From Styela clava (taxonomy: Eukaryota): a DNA stretch of 64,000 nt. This document shows, piece by piece, positions 1-12,870 of this stretch (its first letter is position 1; every line of letters starts with the position of its first letter). The stretch is from the NCBI RefSeq assembly GCF_964204865.1, contig NC_135261.1, forward strand, positions 20,522,001 through 20,586,000. The letters are read 5' to 3'. The position numbers and the translations under genes were made by a program. The notes beneath the pieces were generated by a model. The model was not told where the DNA came from. It was given only the letters and a program-made list of their open reading frames with translations, and searched no databases.

Positions 1-1885
1 AAGCCTGACAAATACCATATATAGGCTATATATAAATTATTATATTCAAACATCAGTAGTCAAAACAAGGCTTCAGAAAATGTGAGTGCGCCACAAACAG
101 TGGCGCCGCCAGACTCCCTTTGAAATATTTAGAAAACTAAAAAAGTCGCTAATATCGCGTTCGATTGTATTTTGCCAAAATCGCTGATTGCTTTCCTTAG
201 CGTGACGTGGTATTCAGGTCGCAAACACCGTAAAGTTGGTTTTTATTTTTATTAAATCATAAAAATTATATCATAACAACTACGATATTTACATTCTTTA
301 TGTACTCGCATAGAATTGTGAATCCGTATAGCATTATTAGACATTCGTCGGCGGCGAGATGCTAAAAACAAAATAAAGAAGTGAGTCGGCGACGCAAATT
401 TTTTAATTGCAAAGCGGCAACATAAAAATCGAAAAATAAAACCGTAATCAATTTGTTCTAAGAGGTCCCAAGCAGATTAAAAACGCTTCTCTAGGCATCA
501 TAAATCGCAGAATTTCGTTTTGTTTGGTCGACGTTGGGAACCATACCGTCACTAGAGATTTACCTTTTTACCTATCACTATAAATTGCCGTCGAACATTT
601 TACTGTTGACATTATACGAAGTTGGAAACGCGACTTTTTCCGGTTTGCGATGAATCTAATGATATATCGGATAGTATAGTAGTAACAGAAGTATATTCAA
701 TCAATTCTTATTGTACTAAAATAAATTTTACACCGTGAGATTTCATACGAGGTTCAGAGATTTTTCTAACGGTTTTATCTTTAAAATAATCAGTCAGTGT
801 TGCAAGTTAAGCTCGCTTAGATTTGTCGAATTTGTAAAATAGCACAAATACGGACCAAAACAAGATATAATCGGGTAAAAGTTTTTAATGTGAAACGAAG
901 TGTATTAGAGCAAAGCATTTGTAGTAATCTGTCAGCAAAATTTAAAGTAACTCAACGACAAATCCTTTTCTTTCCAAACACTGTTCAACACAACATACAC
1001 ACATTCTGTCTCACAATCATAATTTCAACTTTCTTATGTTTTAATGAATTTTGTTACATATTTTTTCACTGCACGATCAAGCTTGGCCACTGCTCCGTAG
1101 TTAAACTTAGGTGCTTTGTATGGGATATTGGGTAATTAGCCGTTTTTGGTTAATAGTTGTAGTTGTACGTGTTGTAGTTGTAGTTGTACGTGTTTCAACT
1201 TAAAATCATTCCAATCTTAAAATTAGAAAAAAAGCTCCTTGTCATAAAAAACGTAACACTTAGGCGTCCTGTAGGCTACAATGACCATACCGCGTCATGC
1301 CGCTATAGATACCAATACCAGCTTAAAAACAATCATTCGTAATGTAAAGAAGACCAATGCGAAGAATAGTTCTCATGCCGTACAAATTAAATACAGGTGT
1401 ATAGAGTGAGCCGAGGATTCAAGCTCAATGTGCAGCAAATGGCCGTCAAAATGCAGGTCCGACTCGATTAGTCTCCTAAACTTAAAGTGGTTTCAGAAAT
1501 TTGAATAAGGTACATTTAAATTTCTCAAAGTAACATTTCTCAACCGTGGAGAAATTCCTTCCCAGATAAACATTTTGTCCATCTTAATGAGAAATTGTGT
1601 CTAGTATTTTCTGTAGTACAATTACTAATATTATTTAATATTATCCATTTATATAAACACTTCAAATGTACAAAAACATGAGTACGACTCACGCATGGTA
1701 TAGCTAAGAATCCATTGAATAAAGATGAAACATATAAAGTGGTTTTTATGCATAGTAAGAAAATACTTACCTACAGTTGAACCGACGTATGCAGCAAATC
1801 CAAATGAGCATGCATAGAAGGTACGTTTTGGATGTCTCAACGTCACCGATGTTGTATTTTCATTTTGCATTTCGTTAATGCTCAT
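1..1885 (-). CDS. UNC-93-like MFS protein, paralog C (5' part only: exon 1 at 1771-1885; exon 2 starts at 4 and runs off the window)
   Basis: Exon 1 reads MSINEMQNENTTSVTLRHPKRTFYACSFGFAAYVGSTV(G) followed by a GTAAG donor. It matches exon 1 of paralogs A and B. Positions 1-90 resemble the exon-2 acceptor (20171-20190) and the nearby intron-1 sequence (20465-20520) of paralog B. Confidence 0.8.
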
Positions 1886-3228
1886 ATTGAAATTAAAAAT
1901 GGCAATTTTGACAAATGACAAATTTAATGAAATAATTTCAAGTTAATAAGATACAATATGAATTTGTTATTATGCTGTAAGGCAAAATACTTTTAAACGA
2001 TACGATTAAACGATAAACATAATTTGTCTATACGTTCTGATCTCCATTAGTGTTATATAATATGGATCATTCACAAGATAAAAGTTTTGACTATTTTAAC
2101 AATCACAAATATCCACAGTAAAGCGAAATGCTTCTATATATAAAAAGAACGCAGATGTTCAATGGAATTTTAATTAAGAAGCATTTGCGCGATAGTGAAA
2201 TGAGATTTCCCTTAGAAATTTTTTTTGTCTCATCTTCCAATTCTTTCCTCACATAATTAGAGCACCATTAAATAACTTATGAACGTTTTTCAACTCTAAG
2301 TCGAAACCTATGTGTATAATATATTTAAACATACTCTTTGACTATGACTAAGAAAATATTATAAATAAGAATACTAGAAAGTTTGTAACCCTTGGCAGCG
2401 ATATGCGTACTTATAGCAACTCTGATTGATGTATGGATGGGCACCAACATTTTTGACGTTGGACTGTTGTTAGAACGGAAAATATACAATGAATAGATCT
2501 TCATCTTCAAGCAAGAAAATAAGCTACTACACTATTCATATATTTTGCTGCTAATGCCTTTTGATAGATTGCAAAAGTTCGTTTGACATCTTTCTGCCGT
2601 CATGATCTCAGCAGTATCGATGTAATACATAATTGACCGCAACTTACTATTAACCTTATCTAATTATTATGACATTTAATCAATAAATTGAAACTCACAC
2701 TTCATATTTAAACCGGTTGAAGTGCAGATGAAGAGATTGCCATGGCCGTTTCCGTTTTCAACCGTCTGAGCTGAGATCTAGGAAACGGAAGTCTCAGCGT
2801 CAAAAATATTATGTATGTGAGGCAAATAACCAACATCGTTTTTTCCAGTGTTTGGTAAATTTTGGATATAATATATTCAAAAATTCACAATTATAAATTT
2901 GCTCAAAAATGTAAACGATAAAAAAGTAAAATGAAGATCATAAACATTTGCTGACCTCATTTCAAAATTTGATTGAATGTTTGAAATTCAAGGCCCCGAG
3001 CAGTTACGCAAAGGAATGAGTTGCATATCTCCACTGATACTAAATTCGGGACAAGAGGATTCGGAATTCAGTTTATCTGCAATTTAGTCTAAAATTGGCA
3101 ATAGGAAACGGGAAGTCTCAAATTATTCCGGAAACCTTAAATGAATCTGACGAGCAAATTTTGCGATTGAGCTAGAAATTTAGTATCATTCTTAATTCTT
3201 AAATATATTATCACGTTAATATGATTCC
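1831..3228. repeat. Copy 1 of a duplicated UNC-93-like exon-1 + upstream (promoter-side) module
   Basis: Collinear similarity to 3337-5467 and about 27290-29045. A shared core, TCAACCGTCTGAGCTGAGATC-AGGAAACGGAAGTCTCAGCGTC, lies near 2760, 4530 and 28395. Confidence 0.9.
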
Positions 3229-3336
3229 ATGAGAGATTCGATGAGAGAAATCCCATGTCTCATTTTAAAGCAAAGAGAGAATGTGATATTTGACATTATT
3301 TGTCCCAGTACTGTTACTAAGTTTAGGCTCATTAAT

Positions 3337-3390
3337 GATGTCTCAACGTCGCCGATGTTGTCCTTTATTTTTCATTTCGTTAATAGTCAT
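3337..3390 (-). pseudogene. Truncated, frameshifted UNC-93-like exon-1 relic
   Basis: Reads ATG ACT ATT AAC GAA ATG AAA AAT, then a 1-nt deletion relative to 1885-1831 leads to an early TGA. The 3' half of the exon and its donor are missing. Confidence 0.8.
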
Positions 3391-4858
3391 ATTGAAATTG
3401 AAAATGGCAATTTTGACGAATGACAAATTTCATGAAATTATTTCAGATTAATAAGAAAACATGAGAATATACTTATATTCTGTAAGACAAAATATATACT
3501 TGTCAGATTGAACGATAAACATAATTTGTCTTCACGTTCTGATCCACATTTATGTTATAGATCATTCAGAACATAAAAGTGACAATTTTAACAATTACAA
3601 ATAGCCACGGTGAGGCGACATGCTTCTATATATGAAGAGAACACAGATGTTCAATGGAATTTTAGAAGACATATGTGCGATACTGAAGTGAGACTTCAGT
3701 AAACCTTGGAAAAATGGTCCAAATACATGATTCAATCATTCTACGGTATTAAATATTTTGTCTGATCTTGCCATTCTTTCTTCATATGATTAGAGCACCA
3801 TTGAATAACTCGCATACCCTGTATCTAATGAGAGGCCAAAAGTGGTTGATTACAGCATATTATGATTCGTTTCGTACTATTGTGCGGTAACATCAACAAA
3901 TGTCCCTGACCCAGCTTTGAGATATATATAGGACATCAATGATTTCACGTTCTAATAAGGGCGAGCAATACCTCTACCCATTCGAGCTCGAAGAAAAAGG
4001 CATGTGGGGAGCGTGCCATGCATCCGACATACGTTTTACAGCAGTCCTCGTGGAACGTTACTAAACACACGGACAGAAAAGCGCATTTTTTGCAATGCAG
4101 GCTTTTAACACTCTTGCTGGAATATAGTATAGACATTTATATATCGCAAAAATAAATATTTGTTAACTCTAACGAAGTTCTGTGCATAATATATATTCAA
4201 ATATACTCCTCGACTATGATTGAGAAAGTCTTATAAGTAAGAATACTAGAAAGTTGTAACCCTTGGCAGCGACATTCGTTCGTATCGCACCAAAATTTTT
4301 GATGAATTATGATAGACAATTATTTTTGTAAGATTACTACATTCATCTGACATCTTCCTGCAGTCATGATCTCAGCAGTATCGATGTAATAATATATGAT
4401 TGACCGCAACTTACTATTAACCTTATCGAATCAATATAACATTTATTCAATAAACTGAATCTCGCACTTCATATTTAAACCGGTTTAAGTGCAGATAAAG
4501 TGGTTTCAATGGCAGTTTCCGTTTTTAACTGTCTGAGCTGAAATCTGCGAAACGGAAGTCTTAGCGTCGATGAAATTATGTATGTGAGGCAAATAAACAA
4601 CATCGATTATTCGAGTGTTTGGTACATTTTGGGTATAATATATTTAAAAATTCACATTTTATAAATTTGCTCAAAAATGTACACGATGAAAATGTAAAAT
4701 AAAGACCATATACATTTGCCGACTTTATTTCAAAATTTGATTGAATTTTTTGAATTCAGGGCCACGAGCATTTAACGCAAAGAAGTTAGTTGCATAATTC
4801 CAGTGACACTAAATTTGGGATGAAAGGATTCGGCGTTTTGTCTAAAATTGGCAATAGG

Positions 4859-5335
4859 TAAGCTTACCAAACGTCCCGCTTTAGGCGGGACGGTCCCGCT
4901 TTTCAGCGTTTTGTCACGCCGTCCCGATAAATTAGCCAAAAGTCCCGCTTTTCCAGCATAATACACAAACATGTTCTCGTTACCGTTGTTTCTGTGTAGC
5001 GCAAGGTGAATGCGTTCGTTTCCCGCTGATCCCATCGATGGCAGACGTATCGCATGTAAAACCAATACTAATTAGTCTAAATTCGAATTATTTGTACCGG
5101 TATCGTTAACGTCAATTCCTTCCTATTTTTCGAACTGAACCCGATATTTGGACAGAGGATATGCGCATGAAATTTCGATAACAATATGGTCAATAAAGAC
5201 AGCCGAGACAGCTTTAAATGTAGGAATGTGGCCTATGTAGTAAAATCGGAAAATGTGAAGTTACAAAATCACAGCTAAGGGGCCGTTGTCTTTCGAAGCG
5301 TCCCGATTTGAAGTCACAAAAGTATGGTAACCCTA
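4859..5335. mobile_element. Non-autonomous hAT element (MITE)
   Basis: 8-bp TSD GCAATAGG at 4851-4858 and 5336-5343. Ends are TAAGCTTACCA and TGGTAACCCTA, with subterminal GTCCCG repeats. The empty site is visible in copy 1 at 3098-3105. Confidence 0.9.
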
Positions 5336-6349
5336 GCAATAGGAAATCGGGATGTTTCAAATTCCGGAAATCTTAAATTCATCTAACGAGCAAGTTTTGC
5401 GATTGAGCTAGAAATTTATAATTATTCGTAAATCTTTAGAATAGTATCACGTTTTAATACGATTACAATATTGGGAAAATCAATATTGATCCAATACTGA
5501 AAATGCTGAATAAGAAAACAACTTCAATTCGTTTTGAAAGGAATTCCATGTCTCAGTAATGATAGAATATCAGATTTAACGTTGTTTATACCAGTACTGG
5601 TTTTTTCGAATATCTCTGTATCACGATCCCATAGACGCAAACTGTAATTTATTCTGCCTTTAATACTTTATACACCATAGCATAAATATTGGATGAAAAT
5701 TTCTAAACTGAACATCTAAAATAATGCAAAATTAATTTGTAATCAAATAATCTGGCTCTGGATTGAATGGTTGACAAGAATTTATTCTATGAAAACTTTA
5801 ATGTGAGCCTACCAGCATACTAGTTTACTTTGATCCTTTTCATTGTTACTTTAATTAAACCCTCAGTCATCGACTAGGGTCAGCTTTTAGTTCTGTAGTC
5901 GGATCAGCAGATAGTCCAGTATCCTCGGATGAGAGACTGACTGGATATGGGATAAGCTAAAACAAAAATGAAAGTACCACTACTTCTGAGGGTCCTGAGA
6001 ATATCTAGATCTGTACTGTTGTGTTATAATCCTGGTATAAAGTTAAAATACTACCCCGCGGGCATGTAAATGCAGTCACAGAACAGCAGAATCTTGGATT
6101 CGTTCTGTCGACACTCCACTTTGATGACCTAGGTATGGTACGGACGCAGGGATGACTGGCAATTGCCACAACATCCTGCTTAATCCTAATGGCTCAGGAT
6201 ATCTTCCCAGTTATTTCCATCAATAAAACCATTTTAAATACGCTAATAAATATTAAACGAAATCCGCTTCCCTACGCTTTAAGATATAGCAGAACGATGA
6301 CTTAGTACAGTCCCACTCAAGCGTAGCCAAGCGGCCCCGAGCGAACTAG

Positions 6350-6760
6350 TTAAGAAAATTATCGCAAAACAATATAATTTACCGACGTTTCGTTTCTCTG
6401 TACAGAAAAAGTTTCATCAGGACATGATATGGAAAGAACACTAGCGTACATATATAGGGCAGGCAAAATAATTAAAGATATTACGCTTTGATAACATAAT
6501 TATCAAGGCGTAAAAATCTAAAAAAGGGATAGTATGATAAATTATCTAAGTTAATTAGAGCAAGTACGAACGAATATGGGGACTATCTAACTAAACAATG
6601 ACTTATACACAGGCCTGAACAAGGTAGTTTCTTTATCATTCATCAAATTCTTCTCTTTGTTAATGTGGTATGATTTGAGAAATAGAATATACCTGTAATG
6701 AGTTTCATATTCTAATATCCTGTCGTTTTGCCAATCAATACTGTGATGTAGAATTATTCT
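6350..6760 (-). mobile_element. Penelope-like element 3' remnant (GIY-YIG endonuclease C-terminus + terminal repeat)
   Basis: 6748-6587 translates to HHSIDWQNDRILEYETHYRYILFLKSYHINKEKNLMNDKETTLFRPVYKSLFS*. This fits the HxIDW..N..IL..E......FLES..I....N.MN pattern at the end of PLE ORFs. A hammerhead-like motif follows. Confidence 0.75.
6380..6424 (-). ncRNA. Minimal hammerhead ribozyme-like motif (PLE type)
   Basis: Minus strand reads TGTC-CTGATGA-AACTTTTTCTGTACAGAGAAAC-GAAA-CGTC-GGTA. It has the CUGANGA and GAAA core, the ACGU palindromic stem III and a GUC site. Stems I and II are imperfect. Confidence 0.55.
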
Positions 6761-9264
6761 AGGGGAAATGAAACTATTCTAGGAAAAATAATACTATTAG
6801 TTGTGTACTGGATTCAGTTCAGCTTTTCTGAATTTCGATATAACGATCGTTGTTCATAACAATTTCTTTTTTGTGTCGTCCGGATCACAAAAACTCACAT
6901 CCCGCCGACAAAACATGTTGTTTTGACAGGATAGTCAAGGTTTATCATGTGTCTTGTTTGATAATCCATTAACTTTGAGACCACAATATATATGTATGTA
7001 TAAATATATATACAATCAGATAATAAAATGAAAGAATAAGGCAAAAAAGGACAACATAGAGATACAAGATAGCGTCGAATTGTGACGAACAAGATCGGAC
7101 ACAACCGCTTCAATATGTCCTTTTATACACCAGGGTGGTCCAAGACACAGTGGTACACCGTGTTGGTGGACGAGGAAATACGTTTTCTCTCAGTTTTACT
7201 CTGCCAACTTTCTTTTGACACTCATTTTAAGATGAATTGTTACTTTTGACTAATTAAATAGGGCTATCGTCAAAGAACAATTAATTCGTCTAAGTTGGGA
7301 TTTCGGAACCTATAGCTAAAAAAACTGGATGGCGCGGCGCTGAGTCAGCTCCGCGTTTCGTCACAGCTATGGCCAACGCTTAAAAATAGAGTAGTGTTAT
7401 TACTAAAATAAATGCACAAAACGTCTCCCAAATAAAGAGTTGCTTCACGCGAGCACAAAGCTGCGAAGTTGATATAAAAAGTGCGACTCATTTCATCGGC
7501 GGGTCCTGTTTGCACACGATAATTCATTCTCTTTGTACCGATCACAAGGTCGCAAGCAACACGGGGAATACCGAAAGATGAGGAAATTTTGAACATTGGT
7601 TTATTTTATATAGGCGCATTAACAGTGCGCTCGGCTTGAGAACATTTAATACACACAATAAGCCTGCATACTAATGGCCATCCAAATCACCTACCTTTAC
7701 GAGAAAGAAAACTGTTAAATTATGGCTAAATTATAAATTTGATCACAATCATAGCTTTGGGAACACGGCACGTTGGAACAGCTAATATCTTTACCACTTC
7801 CGATTGGTCGCTTCTTTCTATCAATTACACGTCTTTGTACAAAAGAGTGTTATTTATTGCTTGCTTATTTCAACTGAAAATAATAATGTATTTCATATTT
7901 TTCCCAACTCCAAAAAACATAAAATGCTTTCGGGTAAAAGTCATGTGTAAAATATTAGACAACTTGCTCACAGAAAGCAACGTAAAACATGTCACAAATG
8001 ATTGCGAGTCATCAGATAAAATGAGCAGCTGTTTGGGATTCTATGTTCAATTTCTTTGCTGATTTGTTTAAAATATATTAATGTGTGATTTTATTCCCGC
8101 AATTTGCTCTGGGAAACTTCATCAGTGACCTCGGGGCATCTAATCATTCATTGAAATAGGAATTACTACTTGTACTTGTGAATAAAGATAACAAACATCA
8201 CTACTAATCCAAAAGTATACCAATAAATAAATAGTATGATTGATTTTTCCCGTCTGCTAGTTGATTGAACGTGGATCTGGTCCTAATGCAAAACAAAGAA
8301 AGTAGTTCACCGCCTTCCAAAATGAAGATTTATATTTGGTAGGGAAATATTTACGACCTAGATTTTCTAGAATCTAGATCAACTTCGTGATGGAATCGTT
8401 GAAACAAAACTAGGTCAATGTAGTGTTACCGGATTACAGTATACTTGTCGTTATTCTTCGCTTCGATAATCAGTAATCAAGGCATGCAATGAAAATGTTC
8501 AGATGGATTTTCATTGTTGATTGTGTATTCTCTAGGCATATGCCATCAGTATTCAGTCAGATTAAATTGGCAAATTCCGGAAAAATTGAACATGAATATG
8601 CAAGTGATGTATGAACAAAATTAGCAAAATCAAAAAAAATTATCAGTATATTAGGTGTAAAAAAGTTATATGGTATATAGTACATACAGTCTGATCCAAC
8701 TGGTGATAAATATGACTTTTAAACATTATTCTTTATTTTTGATATTATAGATTATATTACGTTATTTCGGTATATAACCAACTTCTAAGTGTGCTTTTGC
8801 ACGTCGAAAACTGCGATTAAAAACAATCCGAATATCTTACGCTGTAAATAAGTTTAATATATGCGTGCAAAGTATAATAAAGAGATCAATCGTCATTTGC
8901 ACATGACTGTTCGTGAGTTGCTGTCGTGTCTATTGTCCGATGTTTTCAGTAATAAATAGACTTAAGTGGGGCATATAAGCTGTAGCTAATAAAGATATTG
9001 CCAACTCAGTGTTTAATGCGCTATATCTTTTTATTGTAGGAGTTCTATTAAATACAAATGTTTGTATAGTTTCAGTAATAGAATAGAGGAGTAAAGTTAT
9101 GTAATGTAGCGTCTGTATTCTTTATTGTGTGGTACAATAGTGAAATTCTAGATTAATTTGGTTTCATGGCATGAAATGATTGTCTATCTATCATACAATA
9201 TATTTATATATGGAAATCCGTAGATCATTTGGGTTAGCCTCAAATATAACAGAGACTGAATACA

Positions 9265-12200
9265 ATGAGCAATTGGCAAAATGAAAATGATACATCAAAT
9301 GGATTCAAACACAGAACTCGTACGTTTTATGCATGCTCCATCGGATTTGCTGGTTATGTTGGTGCAACTGTATGTGAGTAATTGCTTTATATTCAAATAG
9401 AGGAGTACGTATGTCCGAACACTGGATTCTATGTCCCATTTATTTAAAGTTCTCCATCATTAGAGAAGAATCGGTACAAAAGCGGTTTCTTTACCGTCGT
9501 ATGTTGAGTAGACGATCATATTTGTGTGCGTATGCATTCTCGCATTTTTACTTGAATACTTCCTCGATATCAAGATATTTCCGCTCTTAATTCATATGTG
9601 TCACCCATGACACACCATGAACAATTACACTTTATGTTAGTTTCATCATGGAGGGTATAGAAACAGAATGATCATTAATTCACATATTGATTGGTTTTCT
9701 GATATTTGTGTGAGTTTGATTTTTATTCATCAATGAAGATTAAGAGTGGGAATGTAAGTAAAACTTCAGCTTAAAATGAACGAACATCTCCGCAGCAATA
9801 CAAAAATGTGCAATTTTGTGATATTTCAAAAAACATTCTCAAATTTCATGCACATCTTCTCAAATATTTCATCTCCAAATTTTGAAGCGTCGAAAATCTA
9901 TAGTGCGTTTTAAGGTTTTGTCGATATTAAGCGCGCATTCGAGTATAAAACAAATGATAAGCATTGTTTTATATCACCATATAATTTAGTATCCTGTAGG
10001 TGTAGGAAACATTAAAAATAATATTTTAAATATAGGTCTGGTAACACTTCAGAGCAGTATCAATGTAAAGAATGATCTGGGACCGAAAAGTCTTTTCATT
10101 TGCTTTATTTGTGGATTTGGTGGGATTTTTACGGCACCGTATGTTTTGAAAAGATTTGGACCAAAAGTGACATTGATAGCCGGAGAGATCATCGCTTCGT
10201 CCTATACCTTGGCGAATTTTTATCCAAGTAAGATTTGATGATCTGTTTAATCTATGCATCAGTTTGATTTCGTTTTGTCTCATTTAGTATATCCTGAAAT
10301 TTATACCAAAGTTAATGATATCAGTATAATTTATTTGTGAAGAGAGTATATTATTATTAAAGCATGGGTTCTCAATATGCTCCATACGAAGCCCACGGGC
10401 TCCGTGGGAGGAACTTAGGGGCTCCGCTAGCTAGTTGTTCACTTGCTAAAACACTGCCTGTCTGAAATGAATTAAGTTTAACATTCCAAAGAAGCAATAA
10501 CTGCTTTATTGAAATTTGACAAAGGTAGCGTCAAAATGTGGCAACATGACCATAGTCTAAATATGACATTAACTATAATTTTCAATAGATAATGGCATAT
10601 TTCAATTACCGCCTTGTTGCTACATTTCGACACTACTTTATTAATATTTTTGTATCAAATTTACAGCGGTAAAGTAATGTGATCTGTGATTTGTAGATTT
10701 ATTTCTAGTTTATTTTTACCCCATTAATAAAGAAAGGTTTAGTATTAAATCTGTTCAACAGTGTGTTTTTATAAAATTATTGCGGGGCTCCGTAAATAAT
10801 AGTCAACCTCTTCACGGGGTCCATAACACCAAAAGTAAGAAAACCATTGCATTACTTCATTCTCTCCAAATGTAACTAGGTTACAGAATGGAGAAATTAT
10901 TTTATTTGATTCAAGATTATCTTTTTTTTTTGTCATAGTTGGAATATGTTTGTCTGAAGGGTCTGACCTTGGTCAGAAGAAACGTCACATAAATACATTT
11001 GTGTTGGTGTGCATCAAGACTCTTGAATCAATCAGAATCCCGGGACTGAAAGTGTTAATAGCGCTCTCCGCTATTTAATTCTTTATTCTTTAGTCGTGTA
11101 TGATTGAAAAATAGTTTTCAGCCACGACGCTAAGTGCGAATTATATAAATATCATCGATTTGAAAATGGCGAGTATTCGTTGCATTAGTGAAGCCCGCGT
11201 GCAGTAATAATTAAGGTGTGACGTCATCAAAATTGTCAACTGAAGTGTTGAATTTGTACATTCGTAAATACATATGTGAATTTCTGGGTAAAGATTTCAG
11301 CTATAATAGTGGTTGTGGTAACCTTTTGTTAAAAAATAACACAAAAAACCGTTAAAATTAAAACCAATTAGTCTTAATCTTCTACTAGGCACAAAAACAA
11401 AGTTTAAGGTTGTTTATTATCAATTTTGCGACATTAGGTCGCATAAATAAAACAATATTATAGAAAAGCTTTATAAAGTTATATAGCCGAATAGAAATGT
11501 AACATACGCTTTGAAAAAACTATCAGTGAAGCTTTAGGACCTGGATTTTAACGAAGTTTTTTTATTATTAAATGACCCATGCAAAATAGTCTCAGGGAAG
11601 CGGACTGAAAAGGGTTTTAAAAACCATATATTATACATTTGAGCCTATATCATATACATTATGCTGATATATAATGCGTAAAAATCTTTGCAACGAGGAT
11701 ATATTTAGTTTTCAGTTATATTTTTTCATTCACTGTCTCGTGGAATTCATCGCTATTTTTGGGTAGTATACGCATAAAACTATTATTGCAAAATAAGGTG
11801 ATTGTTTGTTATTGGACACGTAGTGGACCTAAGGGTCGTTTTATTATTATGTTGTTGTTCCTTGACATGGAATTTTATCGTTGGGAAAAAATATTTTTTT
11901 CTTTGATTACTGGACCAATTGCCTTGGAATTTTCAGCGCTTAGAGATTGAATAGAAGGCTATCACTTTCATTCATTCCTAAATGTTCTATGAATCATATA
12001 ATGTATGATATTTCATCCAAAAAATCGCTATATTTTTTACTCATGGGAGCACTGTTCTTACCTTATTTCAAGCGGTTCCTCGATCGAATATCAGCTACAC
12101 CTACACAGGTACGGTACTGGTAAGTTACCGCACCGCTTACGATTTTGGGGGAATCGATGATAAAATATATTTGAGCATCGTTTTCTTAGTTATTTATTAG

Positions 12201-12819
12201 TACGATTGCTGGGCATCTTGATTTACATTTTGGCTTCCATTTTATTGCTTCGATATCCAATTACAAAAATTGCTCTGTCGAGAAGATTGAGGTACCACAA
12301 TATTTCGTCGAATCCTACCAAATCCTATTACATGTAAAACACGAAATAAACAGATTTCATTTTTGCAGGATGGTTTACTATGTTTCCAACAGCTGGATTG
12401 TCAGGATTGATATCATCATCATTTACGTGGTCAGCAAGTGCAGTGATTGTTCACAGAGTGGCTACTGCTGAACTGACGAATAAAATTGGAAATCAAGCTG
12501 ATATTGCTACTCAGAAATATTTTGGGATATTCTTGGGTATTCTGGCATTTGGGCAAGTGAGTTCTTGGACATAAAGTAAGAAACGTAGTTATTCCTGTAT
12601 GGAACTTCAAATTAGAGCGAATGATATTTGATTAATGCTATTTTGCCAAATAATAAACCTTATATTCAAACATTTATCCAACGACTGTTAATTATTGTTT
12701 GTATGAAGCCCTTAGTAATTTAGAATGACTATCTATAATATATCATGCTATTTAAACGTCCGAACTATCATTCGGCTAATCATATGTTGGCTAGTTAACT
12801 CTCTCTCTCTCTCTCTCTC

Positions 12820-12870
<51 letters not shown>

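Larger units (their letters stand above)
3337..5467. repeat. Copy 2 of the exon-1 + upstream module (tandem duplication)
   Basis: Starts at GATGTCTCAACGTC, the same as 1831, and stays collinear with copy 1 to about 5467, with indels and a MITE insertion. Confidence 0.9.

Noticed and set aside
5860-6350. GC-richer stretch that might be a SINE or structured RNA
   Set aside because: No A/B boxes, tail, TSD or second copy could be identified by eye.
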